A stretch of DNA of 64,000 nt from an uncultured delta proteobacterium (GCA_963806225.1 CAWDXG010000004.1:4832001-4896000); one strand, 5' to 3'; shown: positions 8,719-19,476, counted from the first letter of the stretch. Notes: generated by a model not told the origin, from the letters alone. Numbers and translations are program-made.

Positions 8719-11700
8719 TCAGTCGCCCGCCAGCGTGACCACCAGCTCTGCCACCTGGCCGTCGCGAACCGCGCGGGCCAGCTCGCCGTCCACGCTCGAA
8801 CCCTCGACGACGCGCTTGTTTCCGTCGTGGAAGGTGAAGGCGTAGCGCACGGGCTTCGCGCCCTTCTTCCCCCATGTGTCCAGGCGCGCCTCGTTCCGGT
8901 AGGTGACGAGCGTCTTGCCCAGGAGCTTGAACGCGAATGAGCTCGCGGGGATCTCCACCTCGAGCCGGCCACGCACCGGATCGTGGTAGGGCACGACAGA
9001 CGCCTTGTCGGTGAAGAGCCAGCCTGGAAGCGCCGGCTCGAGCGCCAGCTGCAAGTTGCCGTCGGCGTCCAGGCGGAAGGGGTGCTCGCCGGCGACCATC
9101 AGGATCCAGGCGTGCAACATCTCGCAGGTGATGCCGCTCAGGCGAGGCTGGAAGCCGCGACCGTGGAGCGATGGATCCGCGTAGGAGCTGCTGACGATGA
9201 ACGACGCTCCCTCGAGCGTGCTCCGTCCGTACACGGCCGGATCGTGGAAGGGGACCAGCACGGTCTTGATGTCGCGGTAGAACTCCTCGTAGAGACCCGC
9301 TCTGAGGATCTCGAGCAGGTACTTGTACTCCATGTGCAGGTAGATCGACTCGTTCTCGAGCCAGCCGCGCGGGTAGGCGCCCACCGCCCTGCCCAGCTCG
9401 AAGCTCTCGTGAGACATGTCCACGCACGAGCGGTACATCCCGAGCTTCGAATCGAAGAGGTCGCTCTTGCGCACTGCTTCGTACACGTCCTTGGCCTGGT
9501 CCGGGTGGACCTTCATGTAGTGGACCGGTCCCTCGAGGAAGAGCGGAACCGGACGCTGCTCGAACTCTGTGGGGACAACGAGCGGCAGGCCCTGGTGGCT
9601 CGTCTGACCGGTGTCGTCGGACGCCGTCACCTCGTTGACGAAGTAGGTGAAGGGAACGCCGCTCTCGTCGAGCACTTCGCTCTTCCGGGTGCCGTCGAAG
9701 AGCGGGGCCAGCGCGCCCAGACACCGGGCGAGGAAGCCCCGCAATCGCGCTGCATCCAGGCGCTTCTCCGCGCCCGACACACCCAGCTTCGTCGCCGCGC
9801 GATAGCGCTCCTTGGCCGCGTTCGCCGCTTCCCAGTAGCAAAGCGCCCGCTCGCGATGGCCGCCGTACGCATCGAGCGCGGGCGTGAGAGCGTCGACGAG
9901 CTCGACCAGCTCTTCGTAGACCGGCACGGACACATCGCCTAGCCGCTCGAGGTAGCCGTCGAGCGAGCGGCAGGCCTTCTCGAGCTCGAGCGTCTCGCAC
10001 AGCGACGAGCCGAAGAGCCCCGGAAGCCCGTTCATCGAGTCGTTCCAGCCCGGCTTGTCGGCTTCCATGTCCATGCCCACGCCCGCGGGGTCCAGGGTCG
10101 CCATGCGATTGGCCACCAGGCACAAGAGCTTCACCAGCAGGCTGGTCCGGTAGACTTCTCCCTGTCCGTGCTTCGTCCGGACCTGGAAGGCGTTTGCCTT
10201 GCGGCTTTCGAGGGCGGCGCGCTTTTCCGGATCGCGCACGACCGCTCCGTAGCGACGTACCGCCCCGTCGTCGCGGCGCACGCTCTTTTCGCTGCGGGGC
10301 AGGATGACGTCGGGATCGTCGAAGAAGGTGTAGTCGTTCCGCTCGACGAGCAGCTCGCGCAGCTGGTCGGGAAAGACCATCAGGTACACATCGATGGTGT
10401 CGAGGTTGTAGAGCCAGTGGTCGACCCAGAAGCCCTCGTGCAGGCCGCCAATCTCGTTTTCGTCGCAGGCGGCGAGCACGCGCCCGACGAGCTCGAAGTA
10501 GCGCTCGGGGCTCTTTCGCTGACCGTGCTCGAACGCCATGACGAGCTCGCCCGGGGTGAAGGGGCGGCGCGTAACCTCGACCAGCTTGTCGAGCGCTGGC
10601 CCCGCCGCGAGCTCGCCGAGCACGCGGTCCACCTCTTCGCGGTCGCGAACCGAGTAGGTCAGCCCGCGGACCTCGAGCGGGTTGTAGCCGTCGAGCTGGA
10701 TGAGGTTCATGAACCAGCGGATGTTGGCGTCCTGGATTTCCGGGTAGAACCAGGTGTCGGTGCGACGGTTCTGGTAGATGCTGCGGTAGTGGCCGGTGCC
10801 CTGGGATAGGTAGGTCGGCTCGAGCACGAAGTAGTGGTAGTCGCGCTCGAGATCGCCGTTCTGGCGGGCGTAGACGTAGAACACGCTCTGCTTGTTGCCG
10901 CCGTCGAACACGACGGGGAGGCCGCCACGCATGACGTTGTCGAGGAAGTCCTGACCGCAGTACTGATCGAAGCGATTTTCCGCGCTGGCCGTGAAGGCCA
11001 TGTCCGTGATGCTCTCGATCTCGTCGCGGTTCCCGGAGCGCTTGTCTTCCAGCGCGCCGGCGCGCGTGGCCAGAGTCAAGAATCGCTCGAGCTCTGCGTC
11101 GTCGGCGACGTTGCCCAGCACGGAGGTCCACGACATGGCTTGCCCTGGCTCCAGACGCCCCGACAGGGCGGTGAAGGCGCAGGGGGTCGCGTTTTCCGTG
11201 AGCTGCCGCGCGGCCAGGAGCGCTTGTGCTCCGCCTCGTTCGAAGGCCCACGCGCGATGGTGCTGGAAGGGATCGCCGAAGACGACCTCCGGATCGACGA
11301 TGAAGCGTCCGTCGCAGAGCTCGCCGCCCTGCACAGTCAGGTAGAAGTTGCCGCCCGACAGCTTGTCGACGCGTTCGCGGTCCGAGGCGGTCTGCTTGAG
11401 GCGGAAGAGCGGCACGCCTCGGTGGTGCTGCACGCCCATCATCGCCTCGATGTGCCGGGCAGTGAACTTGATGTGCTGCTGGTTCATGCCGTAGGGCAGC
11501 ACACGCGGCACGCCGTCGAGACACTCGAGCTCGATGGGGGCTTTCGACTCGTTCTTCAGCGTGACCTGCCGCACGAGCCCGGCGACCGGGAGATTGACCA
11601 GGGGGAAGTACACGACCGTGGTCGTCAGGCCCGTGGCCGGATCGCGCTCGCAGAGCTCGACCTCGCCAGCGGAGATGGCCAGGGATTGCTCGACCTCCAC

Positions 11701-12010
11701 GCGTTCGGTTCGCACGAAGGGCTCGTGCACGCTTCCGTCGCCGAGGCGGATGAAGGTCCGGAAGCCTTCGTCAGGGACAGCCTGGCAGGCGCGGTTGAAG
11801 GATTGGAACTCGAGGATTCTGGTGGTCCTTGTCCCTGACACCCATCGAACACACGGCCTGACCGCGGCTGACGTAGTAGATCCACAGCGGGATGCCCCAG
11901 AGCCCGGCGATGCCCGGAAAGAAGTTCGAAAAGGGGATCGCCCAGTTGTAGTCTTCGACAACAAAGCGTTTGCGATCGTCCAGCGAGTAGCGAATGCGCC
12001 GGTCCGGCAT
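8719..12010 (-). CDS. Glycoside phosphorylase, probably GH161 beta-1,3-glucan phosphorylase; single-base frameshift at ~11817
   Basis: N-terminus RFVVEDYNWAIPFSNFFPGIAGLWGIPLW in one frame continues as ILEFQSFN in the long frame. QDFLDNVMRGG, GDLERDY, MEADKPGWNDSMNGLPG and GWLENESIYLHMEYKY motifs. Confidence 0.75.
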
Positions 12011-12083
12011 GCGTCCTCCTTGGGCCACGGAGCGAAAAGGGGGAGGATGATAACGCACACGACAACCCGATGCGGAGTGACCC

Positions 12084-13091
12084 ATGACTGACGACAGCAA
12101 CCTGCAGGTTCGACTCGCAGCCCGTCCCGTTGGCTTGCCGACGGCTGATACCTGGAACATCGGTCCGGCCCCGGTTCCCGAGCCCACCCAGGACGGGGAG
12201 GTGCTGGTGAAGCTTTCGTACATCTCGCTCGATCCGGCGATGCGGGGGTGGATCGAGGACAGGAAGTCCTACGTGGAGCCCGTTGCCGTCGGCGCCGTGA
12301 TGCGCGCGGGCGGAGTCGGCACTGTCGTGGCGTCCAGACATCCGGACTTCGCCGAGGGCGACCAGGTGCTGGGGATGACGGGCGCGCAGTCCTACGCGCT
12401 GGTGAACGGGCGGGAGCTCACCAAGGTCAGCGACGCGCTGGCGCCGCTGCCGGCCTTCCTGGGTGCGCTCGGCATGCCCGGAATGACGGCCTACTTCGGG
12501 CTCCTGGATGTGGGTGCGCTGAAGGAAGGCGACACCGTCCTGATCTCGGGAGCGGCCGGCGCGGTGGGTTCGATCGCCGGCCAGGTCGCGCGTAACAAGG
12601 GCGCAGGCCGCGTGGTGGGGATCGCGGGCAGCGACGAGAAGTGCCGTCACATCGTCGAAGACCTCGGTTACGACGCCGCCATCAACTACAAGACGCAGAA
12701 GGTTGTCGACGCGATCCGCGAGGCCTGCCCCGACGGAGTCGACGTGTACTTCGACAACGTCGGCGGGTCGATCCTCGACGACGCGCTGGCGTGCCTGCGA
12801 CGGGGGGCGCGTGTGGTCATCTGCGGCGCCATCTCGCAGTACAACGACCGCGCGATGCGCGGGCCGGCGAACTACATGTCGCTGCTCGTCAACCGGGCCC
12901 GCATGCAGGGCTTCCTCGTCTTCGACTACCGGGACCGCTACCCCGAGGCCTTCACGGAGATGGCCGGCTGGCTCACCGCCGGCAAGCTCGTCCACCGCGA
13001 GACCATCGTGAAGGGGCTCGAGACCTTTCCGGAGACCTTCCTCAGGCTCTTCAGCGGCGAGAAGCTGGGCAAGCTGATCATCGAGGTGTGA
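12084..13091 (+). CDS. NADP-dependent oxidoreductase (CurA/prostaglandin reductase-like MDR)
   Basis: SLDPAMRGW, GMPGMTAYFGL, SGAAGAVGS, YFDNVGG, CGAISQYN. Confidence 0.93.
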   Translation: MTDDSNLQVRLAARPVGLPTADTWNIGPAPVPEPTQDGEVLVKLSYISLDPAMRGWIEDRKSYVEPVAVGAVMRAGGVGTVVASRHPDFAEGDQVLGMTGAQSYALVNGRELTKVSDALAPLPAFLGALGMPGMTAYFGLLDVGALKEGDTVLISGAAGAVGSIAGQVARNKGAGRVVGIAGSDEKCRHIVEDLGYDAAINYKTQKVVDAIREACPDGVDVYFDNVGGSILDDALACLRRGARVVICGAISQYNDRAMRGPANYMSLLVNRARMQGFLVFDYRDRYPEAFTEMAGWLTAGKLVHRETIVKGLETFPETFLRLFSGEKLGKLIIEV

Positions 13092-13133
13092 GCGGGCGTT
13101 GGCGCACTCCGGCGTGCGCGCGCAGGCGGAGCT

Positions 13134-13706
13134 TCAGTCTTCTTCGCGCAGGCGGATCGGTCCGGACTTCCCGGGAAATCTCCCTACCGGTTGCATCTTG
13201 TCGTAGAAGGCGCGCAGCACGTCCATGTCGCGTTTCACGTCCCCGGTCAGATGGATCGCCGGGCCCAGGCCCGCACGTCTGCGACCGAAGTCGAGGTAGC
13301 TCGGCACCACCGGGACGCCCGCCTCCCGGGCGATGCGGTAGAATCCCGACTTCCAGCGTTCGGCGCGGCCGCGGGTTCCCTCGGGCGGAATGACGAGCAC
13401 CAGCGCGTCGTGCTCCTTGAACGACGACGCGAGCTGCGCAACCAGCCCGCCCGGCGAGCGCCGGTTGACCGGGATCGCACCTAGCCGGCGCAGCAGCCAC
13501 CCAGCCGGTCCCACCATCCACTCCTGCTTGATGAGCCAGGAGATGCGAAGGTCCATTGCGCTCGCGACGAGTACCAGCAGCAGGCCGTCCCAGTTGCTGG
13601 TGTGGGGAGTCGCGAGGCAGACGTACTTCGACTCGGCAGGGCCCCGGCCGTCGACCTGCCAGCCCGCGAGGCGCAGGGCGAGGGTCGAGACGGAGGCCCG
13701 CAGCAC
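13134..13706 (-). CDS. Lysophospholipid/1-acyl-sn-glycerol-3-phosphate acyltransferase
   Basis: PHTSNWD (HxxxxD), PEGTR, WKSGFYRIA. Confidence 0.9.
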   Translation of the reverse strand: MLRASVSTLALRLAGWQVDGRGPAESKYVCLATPHTSNWDGLLLVLVASAMDLRISWLIKQEWMVGPAGWLLRRLGAIPVNRRSPGGLVAQLASSFKEHDALVLVIPPEGTRGRAERWKSGFYRIAREAGVPVVPSYLDFGRRRAGLGPAIHLTGDVKRDMDVLRAFYDKMQPVGRFPGKSGPIRLREED

Positions 13707-13760
13707 GGATGCAGGCTAGCCCAACCCTGCCCGCGCGCGGCGACTATTCGTCGCTGCCGC

Positions 13761-14297
13761 TCAAGGAGTCACCGCGGCAGTCACGGTCGGCTGTCGCCAC
13801 GCCTTCGCCACTGCAGGCGGCAGCTTGTCCATGTGCTTCAGGAAGAGGACGATCTGCCAAACCTGCTGCTTCTTCAGCGTGTGGCCGAAACTCGGCATGG
13901 CGGTGAGGCGGATGCCGTGGTCGACCTTCCAGAACGTCTCGCCCGGCGGGTCGTCCTCCACGCCGTCTTTCGCGAGCTGCGGCGCCTCCTGGTACAGCCC
14001 GCGCGCTATCACCGAAGGCGACCCGTCGGCGCCGCCGTGGCACGTCGCGCAGTCCTGGCTGTAGAGCTTCATCCCCGCGAGTAGGTTCGCGTCGGATAGT
14101 TTGACCGGGTTGGGCCCTTTCGGCGCGTCGCGCCCGATCGTCGCGTCGAGCGACTTGTGCGCCGCCCAGGCCTCCAGTGCCGACGGCTTCGCGTCGGCAT
14201 TGGCCGGAAACAGCCCGAACTCCACCACCACCAACGCGCCCAGGAGCAGCGCGAGGACCGTGGCCCCGACGCCGAGAAGGAAGGATTTTTTCTGCAT
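13761..14297 (-). CDS. Membrane-anchored monoheme cytochrome c
   Basis: CATCHG heme motif; GIRLTAMPSFG axial Met; N-terminal TM helix. Confidence 0.9.
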   Translation of the reverse strand: MQKKSFLLGVGATVLALLLGALVVVEFGLFPANADAKPSALEAWAAHKSLDATIGRDAPKGPNPVKLSDANLLAGMKLYSQDCATCHGGADGSPSVIARGLYQEAPQLAKDGVEDDPPGETFWKVDHGIRLTAMPSFGHTLKKQQVWQIVLFLKHMDKLPPAVAKAWRQPTVTAAVTP

Positions 14298-14353
14298 CCT
14301 GGTTCTAGCACGCCAGCGTAGGGGAACATTCCGACGCGGCGGACGGTTGCTCG

Positions 14354-16408
14354 CTAGCAGCGCGAACGGCGAAGTGCGAGCACAAGCAGGCCGAGTAGCA
14401 GCGCGAGCGGGGCGTCGCTGTTCTGCCGGCGACCCGCGGTGCGGCAGTCGCAGATGCTGAAGTCCCAGGGGCGATTGTTGGGCACGTAGTCGGACGCGCA
14501 GCGCTGTTGACTGCAGTGGTAGCCGGACACGCAGTCCGTGTCGTCGTGGCACACAAACGCGCACCAGTTGGTGGCAGGGTCGCAGTAGTACGGGGCGCAA
14601 TAGCTGTCCCCCTGCAGCCTCTTCGCTTGCGACCTGTCCGCTGAGCACTCGCCCACCGGCGGAATGCACTCGTCCTTCGACGAGCAGGCGAAGCCGGGTG
14701 CGCACGCGTCGTTTTTGCCGCAGTAGTCAGGGCACTGGCCGGACTGGCCGTCGCAGAGGTATCGGCCGCACGACGAGGAAGGCGTCGCGCCGCGGGGCAA
14801 TGGCGTGCATGTGCCCAGGGACAGAGCGTCCTGTCCTCCGGAACAGGTCTCGCAGGGGCCGTCGCACTGCGAATCGCAGCAGATGCCCTCGGCGCAGTAG
14901 CCGCTCAGACATGCGCTGCCGTTGGTGCAGGACGTGCCCGCGCTCCCGGCGCCAGCGCAGCGTCCGGTCGCGACGACGCACGCGCCGGTGGCGCAGTCGC
15001 TGTTCTTCACGCAGGGGCAGTCCGCGTCGAACCCGTTGCAGGTCCCGGGCGCGCACGACGGGGACCCGGGCGAGCCCTTCGGCACCGCGGAACACGTGCC
15101 GTCCTGGGCCGCTCCCGTCGCGATCGAGCAGGCGTCGCAGGCGCCGCTGCAGCTCGTGTCGCAGCACACGCCGTCCACGCAGTGGGTGCTCGCACAGTCG
15201 GCGGCGCTGGTGCACGCGGTGCCGTTGGGCGGACCGAGATCGAACGCCACGACGATGTCGTGGTTGCCCCCGGCTTCGTATTTCGTGGCACCGACCAGGG
15301 CGAGGCCCGGTTGCAGCGCGACCGAGTTGCCGAAGGACGAGGCGTAGCTCTCGACCGGCGCGAGCGCCTGTTGCTCCGTCCAGGTCGTGCCGGTCCGTTC
15401 GAACACGAACGCCGTACCCTGGGAGGAGTTGTCGAAGCCTCCGCCCAGCGCCGTGTCGCCCGCGAGCGCGACCGCCAAGCCGGGCCGGGCCTGGGCCCCG
15501 CCTGGAAGGAGCTTCTGCTGTTCGCTCCAGGTCGTTCCCGAGCGGACCAGCACGTACTGGGCCTGCCCTGCCACGATCGACGTGTCGCCGTCAATCGCGA
15601 TCGCGGTCCCGAACTCGTCGCCGGTCGCGGCGTCGCTGGCAGAGAGCTTCTGCTGCTGGGTCCAGACGCTTCCGGAACGCGTGAAGACGTACACGGCTCC
15701 AGGGTTCGTGAAGGGAGCCCAGGCTCCGACGAGGGCCGTGTCGCCCGAGAGCGCCACGGCGATGCCGAACTGGTCCCAGTCTGCCGAGTCGTCAGGAACG
15801 AGCTTCTGCTGCTCGGTCCACGTGCTGCCCGAACGCACGAACACGTACGCCGCGCCCGGCGCGGTCTGGGCTTGCTGGTTTGCCTGGCCCACGATCGCCG
15901 TGTCGCCCGACAGCGCCGCCGAGACGCCGAAACCTCCGCCCGGTCCGCCGTCGCCGGGGAAGAGCTTCTGCTGTTCCGTCCACGTGCTGCCCGAGCGCAC
16001 GAACACGGAGGCTCCGGCGGTCCACCGGTACGTCGTGATCAGCGCCGTGTTCGAGTCGAGCGCCACCGCCGTGCCCAGCAGATCGCTCGACTGCTGGTTC
16101 TTGGGCACGAGCTTCTGCTGCTCGGCCCAGCTCGACCCCGATCGCTCGAACACATACGCGGCGCCCCAGCTCGAGTCGTGCCACGGCGCACCCACCAGCG
16201 CCGTACTCCCCGACATGGCGATCGCATTGCCGAAGTCGTCATCGGTCTGCGCGTCGCTTGGCTCGATAACCTGGCTCTCCGCCCACGCCGGCGGACTGAG
16301 CGCCTGGGTGACGCGCGCGACGTGGCCCGTCCCGACCGGCTTTCCGCTCGTGCACTGAACGAGCAGCCCTACAGACACTATGAAAGCAACAAATGCACTA
16401 CGCCCCAT
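14354..16408 (-). CDS. FG-GAP repeat, Cys-rich surface protein with MYXO-CTERM-like tail
   Basis: Repeated FG.AVALSGDTALVGA...GAAYVF.RSG.TWTEQQKL; CVDGVCCD repeats; tail CDCRTAG...LALLLGLLVLALRRSRC. Confidence 0.88.
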   Translation of the reverse strand: MGRSAFVAFIVSVGLLVQCTSGKPVGTGHVARVTQALSPPAWAESQVIEPSDAQTDDDFGNAIAMSGSTALVGAPWHDSSWGAAYVFERSGSSWAEQQKLVPKNQQSSDLLGTAVALDSNTALITTYRWTAGASVFVRSGSTWTEQQKLFPGDGGPGGGFGVSAALSGDTAIVGQANQQAQTAPGAAYVFVRSGSTWTEQQKLVPDDSADWDQFGIAVALSGDTALVGAWAPFTNPGAVYVFTRSGSVWTQQQKLSASDAATGDEFGTAIAIDGDTSIVAGQAQYVLVRSGTTWSEQQKLLPGGAQARPGLAVALAGDTALGGGFDNSSQGTAFVFERTGTTWTEQQALAPVESYASSFGNSVALQPGLALVGATKYEAGGNHDIVVAFDLGPPNGTACTSAADCASTHCVDGVCCDTSCSGACDACSIATGAAQDGTCSAVPKGSPGSPSCAPGTCNGFDADCPCVKNSDCATGACVVATGRCAGAGSAGTSCTNGSACLSGYCAEGICCDSQCDGPCETCSGGQDALSLGTCTPLPRGATPSSSCGRYLCDGQSGQCPDYCGKNDACAPGFACSSKDECIPPVGECSADRSQAKRLQGDSYCAPYYCDPATNWCAFVCHDDTDCVSGYHCSQQRCASDYVPNNRPWDFSICDCRTAGRRQNSDAPLALLLGLLVLALRRSRC

Positions 16409-16489
16409 GGAAACCCTCCCGGGGACACCCAAGGCGTCAAGCGTACCTCATGCCCGAGGGGGCCGCACGCGGCCGTTGGCCGCCACCGC

Positions 16490-17578
16490 CTACGGATAGT
16501 TCGTCGGTGGCGTGGAACGGTTGTCGGTGTTGGAGCCCCAGCAGACGAGGTGGCCGTCCTGCTGGATGCCGCAGCTGTTCGTGAAGCCGGCGCGGACTTC
16601 AGTGAAGGTTCCAGCGGGCGGAATGGACTGGCCGCAGTCCAGGGTGGTCGCACAGTTGCCTGCTACGGTACCTGCTCCCCAACACGCCACGCTGCCGTCC
16701 GTCCTGATGGCGCAGGTGTGCGCGTAGCCGCCGCTGATGAACTTGTACTTGCCGGGTGGCGGAGCGGCCTGGCCGCACTCGAGCTGGCTGCAGTCGCTGG
16801 TGGTCTTGCCGATGCCCCAGCACGCGATCGACTGGTCGCTGCGGATGGCGCAGGCATGCTCGGCGCCCGCGGCAACGAAGGTGAAGGTGCCCGTGGGGGG
16901 CGATGACTCTCCAGACTTGTCGATGCCCCAGCATTGCAGCGCGCCGCCCGCCGTCAGCCCACAGGCGAATGCCTCGCCCACGGCAACCTGCACGAACGGC
17001 GTGTTCGGCGCGCTGATCGCCAGAGTGCAGGTCGCACGACCGCAGCTATCGAGCGCACACATGTCGCCCCCGAAGCCCATTACGAAGTGCGCGTACTGCT
17101 TCTGGAACGGTGCGAGCGAAGGATATTGGCCCCAGCAAATTGGCTTTCCAGCCGACAACCCGCACGTGCCAAGGGCGCCGGCGGAGAGCTCCGTGAACGC
17201 GCCTGGCGGTGGGGTCTCCTGTCCGTAGTCTTGCGCAGCCACGGGCGTCCCCCAGCACACGACGCTCCCGTCGTTCTCGAGCGCGCAGCCATGCTCCATG
17301 CCGATACCGAGGCGCGGCCGGAACGGCTCCGGCGTCACGCAGCTTCCAGCGTCCCCGGTTCCCGAGGCACCGCCTGCGCCGGCGCCGCCTGTGCCCGCAT
17401 TTCCCGCTGTACCGCCCATCCCGCCTGCGCCGGCTCCGCCCGCAGCGCTGCCAGATGCTCCCGCGGCCCCTCCCGCTCCGTCCGGGCCCGGCGAACCGCA
17501 CGCGGCCACAAGAAGGAGCGTGCCCAGGAGCCACGCGGGGAACCCTCCGGCCTTCCGCGTTGTCGCAAACCGCTGCAT
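16490..17578 (-). CDS. RCC1-repeat lipoprotein
   Basis: Lipobox VAAC, Gly-rich linker, repeated G..HxCA...DGSV.CWG. Confidence 0.85.
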   Translation of the reverse strand: MQRFATTRKAGGFPAWLLGTLLLVAACGSPGPDGAGGAAGASGSAAGGAGAGGMGGTAGNAGTGGAGAGGASGTGDAGSCVTPEPFRPRLGIGMEHGCALENDGSVVCWGTPVAAQDYGQETPPPGAFTELSAGALGTCGLSAGKPICWGQYPSLAPFQKQYAHFVMGFGGDMCALDSCGRATCTLAISAPNTPFVQVAVGEAFACGLTAGGALQCWGIDKSGESSPPTGTFTFVAAGAEHACAIRSDQSIACWGIGKTTSDCSQLECGQAAPPPGKYKFISGGYAHTCAIRTDGSVACWGAGTVAGNCATTLDCGQSIPPAGTFTEVRAGFTNSCGIQQDGHLVCWGSNTDNRSTPPTNYP

Positions 17579-17767
17579 CCACCGTTCGCCTGTCACGAAC
17601 CCTCCATGGGCAAGCAACATGCCGCCCCGACCGACGCGCACATTCCGCAGGAAATCGCGCTTGCGCGTGGCCCAGTCATCCCCAACGTATCCCGCGCCCC
17701 CGGCTTCCGCCAGGGCGCTGTCGCGCACCGTGACGAGGTCGGGACGCGCAGCGGGCTCGGAGCCCGT

Positions 17768-18430
17768 TCACAAACAGCGCCCCGTGTCCGGGTTCTTGGC
17801 GAAGCCCGCCTTGCAGGTGCAGGTGCCGTCGGATTCGCACACACCGTGCAGGCTGGAGATCACGGGGTTGTCGTTGCAGGACTGATCCATGCCGGGCTGG
17901 CACGCCGTCCAGCAGACCTTCGTCGGGCTTTTCGGCGAGCTCGGGTCGCCGGGAAACAGCTCGACCACGGCGCAGATCTGGTTCTTCCGGCAGTCGGACG
18001 CAGAGCTGCAGGTGCGGAGACACACGCCCGGGATCTGGTGGTGGGGCAGCGGAGAACAGGTAGACCCGGGCGCGGTGCACGGCGCGTCGGGCTCGCGGCA
18101 GGCGGTCGGTCCACCTGGGTCGCCCTGCATGCAGTAGCCACCGGGGGCTTCCGTGTTGCACATGTAGCCCGCGCCGCACTCCGCGTTGCCCGTGCAGGCA
18201 CGGCCCGTGGTGATCGTTCCCGAATCGGCGACAGTGCCTGCCGAACCGCCATTGCCCGAATCGGCGACAGTGCCTGCCGAACCGCCATTGCCGGAATCGG
18301 CGACAGTGCCTGCCGAACCGCCGTTGCCGGAATCGGGCAGCGCCGAGCCCGCGGTGTTGGTGGTCGAGCCACCACATCCGACCGCGAAGAGGGTTACCAG
18401 AAGCGAACACCGTCGAGCCGTCGAGCGCAT
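17768..18430 (-). CDS. Cys-rich lipoprotein with tandem 12-aa repeats
   Basis: Lipobox AVGC; (DSGNGGSAGTVA)x3; Cys-rich C-terminal domain. Confidence 0.75.
   Translation of the reverse strand: MRSTARRCSLLVTLFAVGCGGSTTNTAGSALPDSGNGGSAGTVADSGNGGSAGTVADSGNGGSAGTVADSGTITTGRACTGNAECGAGYMCNTEAPGGYCMQGDPGGPTACREPDAPCTAPGSTCSPLPHHQIPGVCLRTCSSASDCRKNQICAVVELFPGDPSSPKSPTKVCWTACQPGMDQSCNDNPVISSLHGVCESDGTCTCKAGFAKNPDTGRCL
18222..18335. repeat. 36-bp coding tandem repeat, ~3 copies
   Basis: GAATCGGCGACAGTGCCTGCCGAACCGCC(A/G)TTGCC(C/G) repeated. Confidence 0.9.
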
Positions 18431-18569
18431 GTTGTGCGAGGGATACTCCCGTCGCGCGCGGCGCGCTACGCGCACCGCGCTCCGCGAAAAACGAGCGCTC
18501 CGGAACGCCGCTCCGGAACGCGCTGCGCGAAAGCGGCGGTCGCGAGCGGAGCATCGTCGCTCGCGCGTC

Positions 18570-18584
18570 TGGCACGCGCCTTGC
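18570..18584 (+). promoter_or_regulatory. Sigma54 -24/-12 promoter
   Basis: TGGCACG-CGCC-TTGC matches the TGGCACG-N4-TTGC consensus, ~30 bp upstream of the AGGGAGG RBS and TTG start at 18616. Confidence 0.65.
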
Positions 18585-18615
18585 GCCTGGGGGTTCCAGG
18601 TCGAGGGAGGTTCTC

Positions 18616-19476
18616 TTGCGCGCGTTCGTCCAGCAGCATCGTCTGCTCTGCTTCTTCGTGCTCGCCTACGCGCTGACGTGGGCCGACTGGATCCCGCTTC
18701 TGCTTCGCGGCGCGCGCGTTTCGCCGGGCGGTGCGGTGACGCACTTTCCGGGTCTGCTCGGACCGGCCGGCGCCGCGTTCGCGATCGTGTGGCTGAGCGA
18801 AGGGCGCGCCGGCGTGCGGCGGTTGCTGCGCCGGATGGTCCAGGTTCCACCCGAGCGCGGGCGCTTCCTCGCCTATGCGCTGAGCCCGCTGGCTTTTCTT
18901 GCGCTGGCGCTACTGGTTGGTTGGCTCGCCGGCATGCCGGCGCCGGGCGCCGCCGACTTCGCGCTGTACTCCGGACTGCCGCCGCTGCCGCTCTGGCTCG
19001 TGCTGGCGCTGGTGTTCGTGTTCAACGGTTGGGGTGAGGAAGCGGGCTGGAGAGGGTTCGCCCTCGCGCCGCTCCAGCAGCGCTTCGGAGCGGTGAAGGG
19101 GACGCTGCTGCTCGGGGTGCTGTGGGCGCTGTGGCACGCGCCCGCGTTCGGGTTCGTCGAGAGCTACCGGAGCATGGGCGCCATCAGCATCGTCGCTGGC
19201 TTCGGTCTCGGCATCTGCTGAGGCTCGGTCGTGCTGGCCCGCGTGCTCCAGCGCACGGGCGGCAGCGTGCTGGCGGTCGCGCTCTGGCACACGCTGTTCA
19301 ACGTCACGACGGCGACTGCCGCCGGTCACGGCATGTACGGGGCGGTGGCCTCGACAGCGGTGATGCTCTGGGCCGGCCTGCTGCTGCTGCTCGAGTGGCG
19401 GCGTCCGCAGCCGCGATCGCGGCTCGCGGACCCTCACCATACGAACGGAACGAGCCGCTTCACCCGCGCGCGGTAG
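18616..19476 (+). pseudogene. CPBP (CAAX protease/Abi, Rce1-like) intramembrane protease interrupted by an in-frame TGA at 19219-19221
   Basis: GEEAGWRGF and WALWH motifs; frame continues after TGA as GSVVLARVLQRTGGSVLAVALWH..FN. Confidence 0.8.

Noticed and set aside
18222..18335. 36-bp repeats as a CRISPR array
   Set aside because: Head-to-tail with no spacers, in frame within a CDS, and no cas genes nearby.
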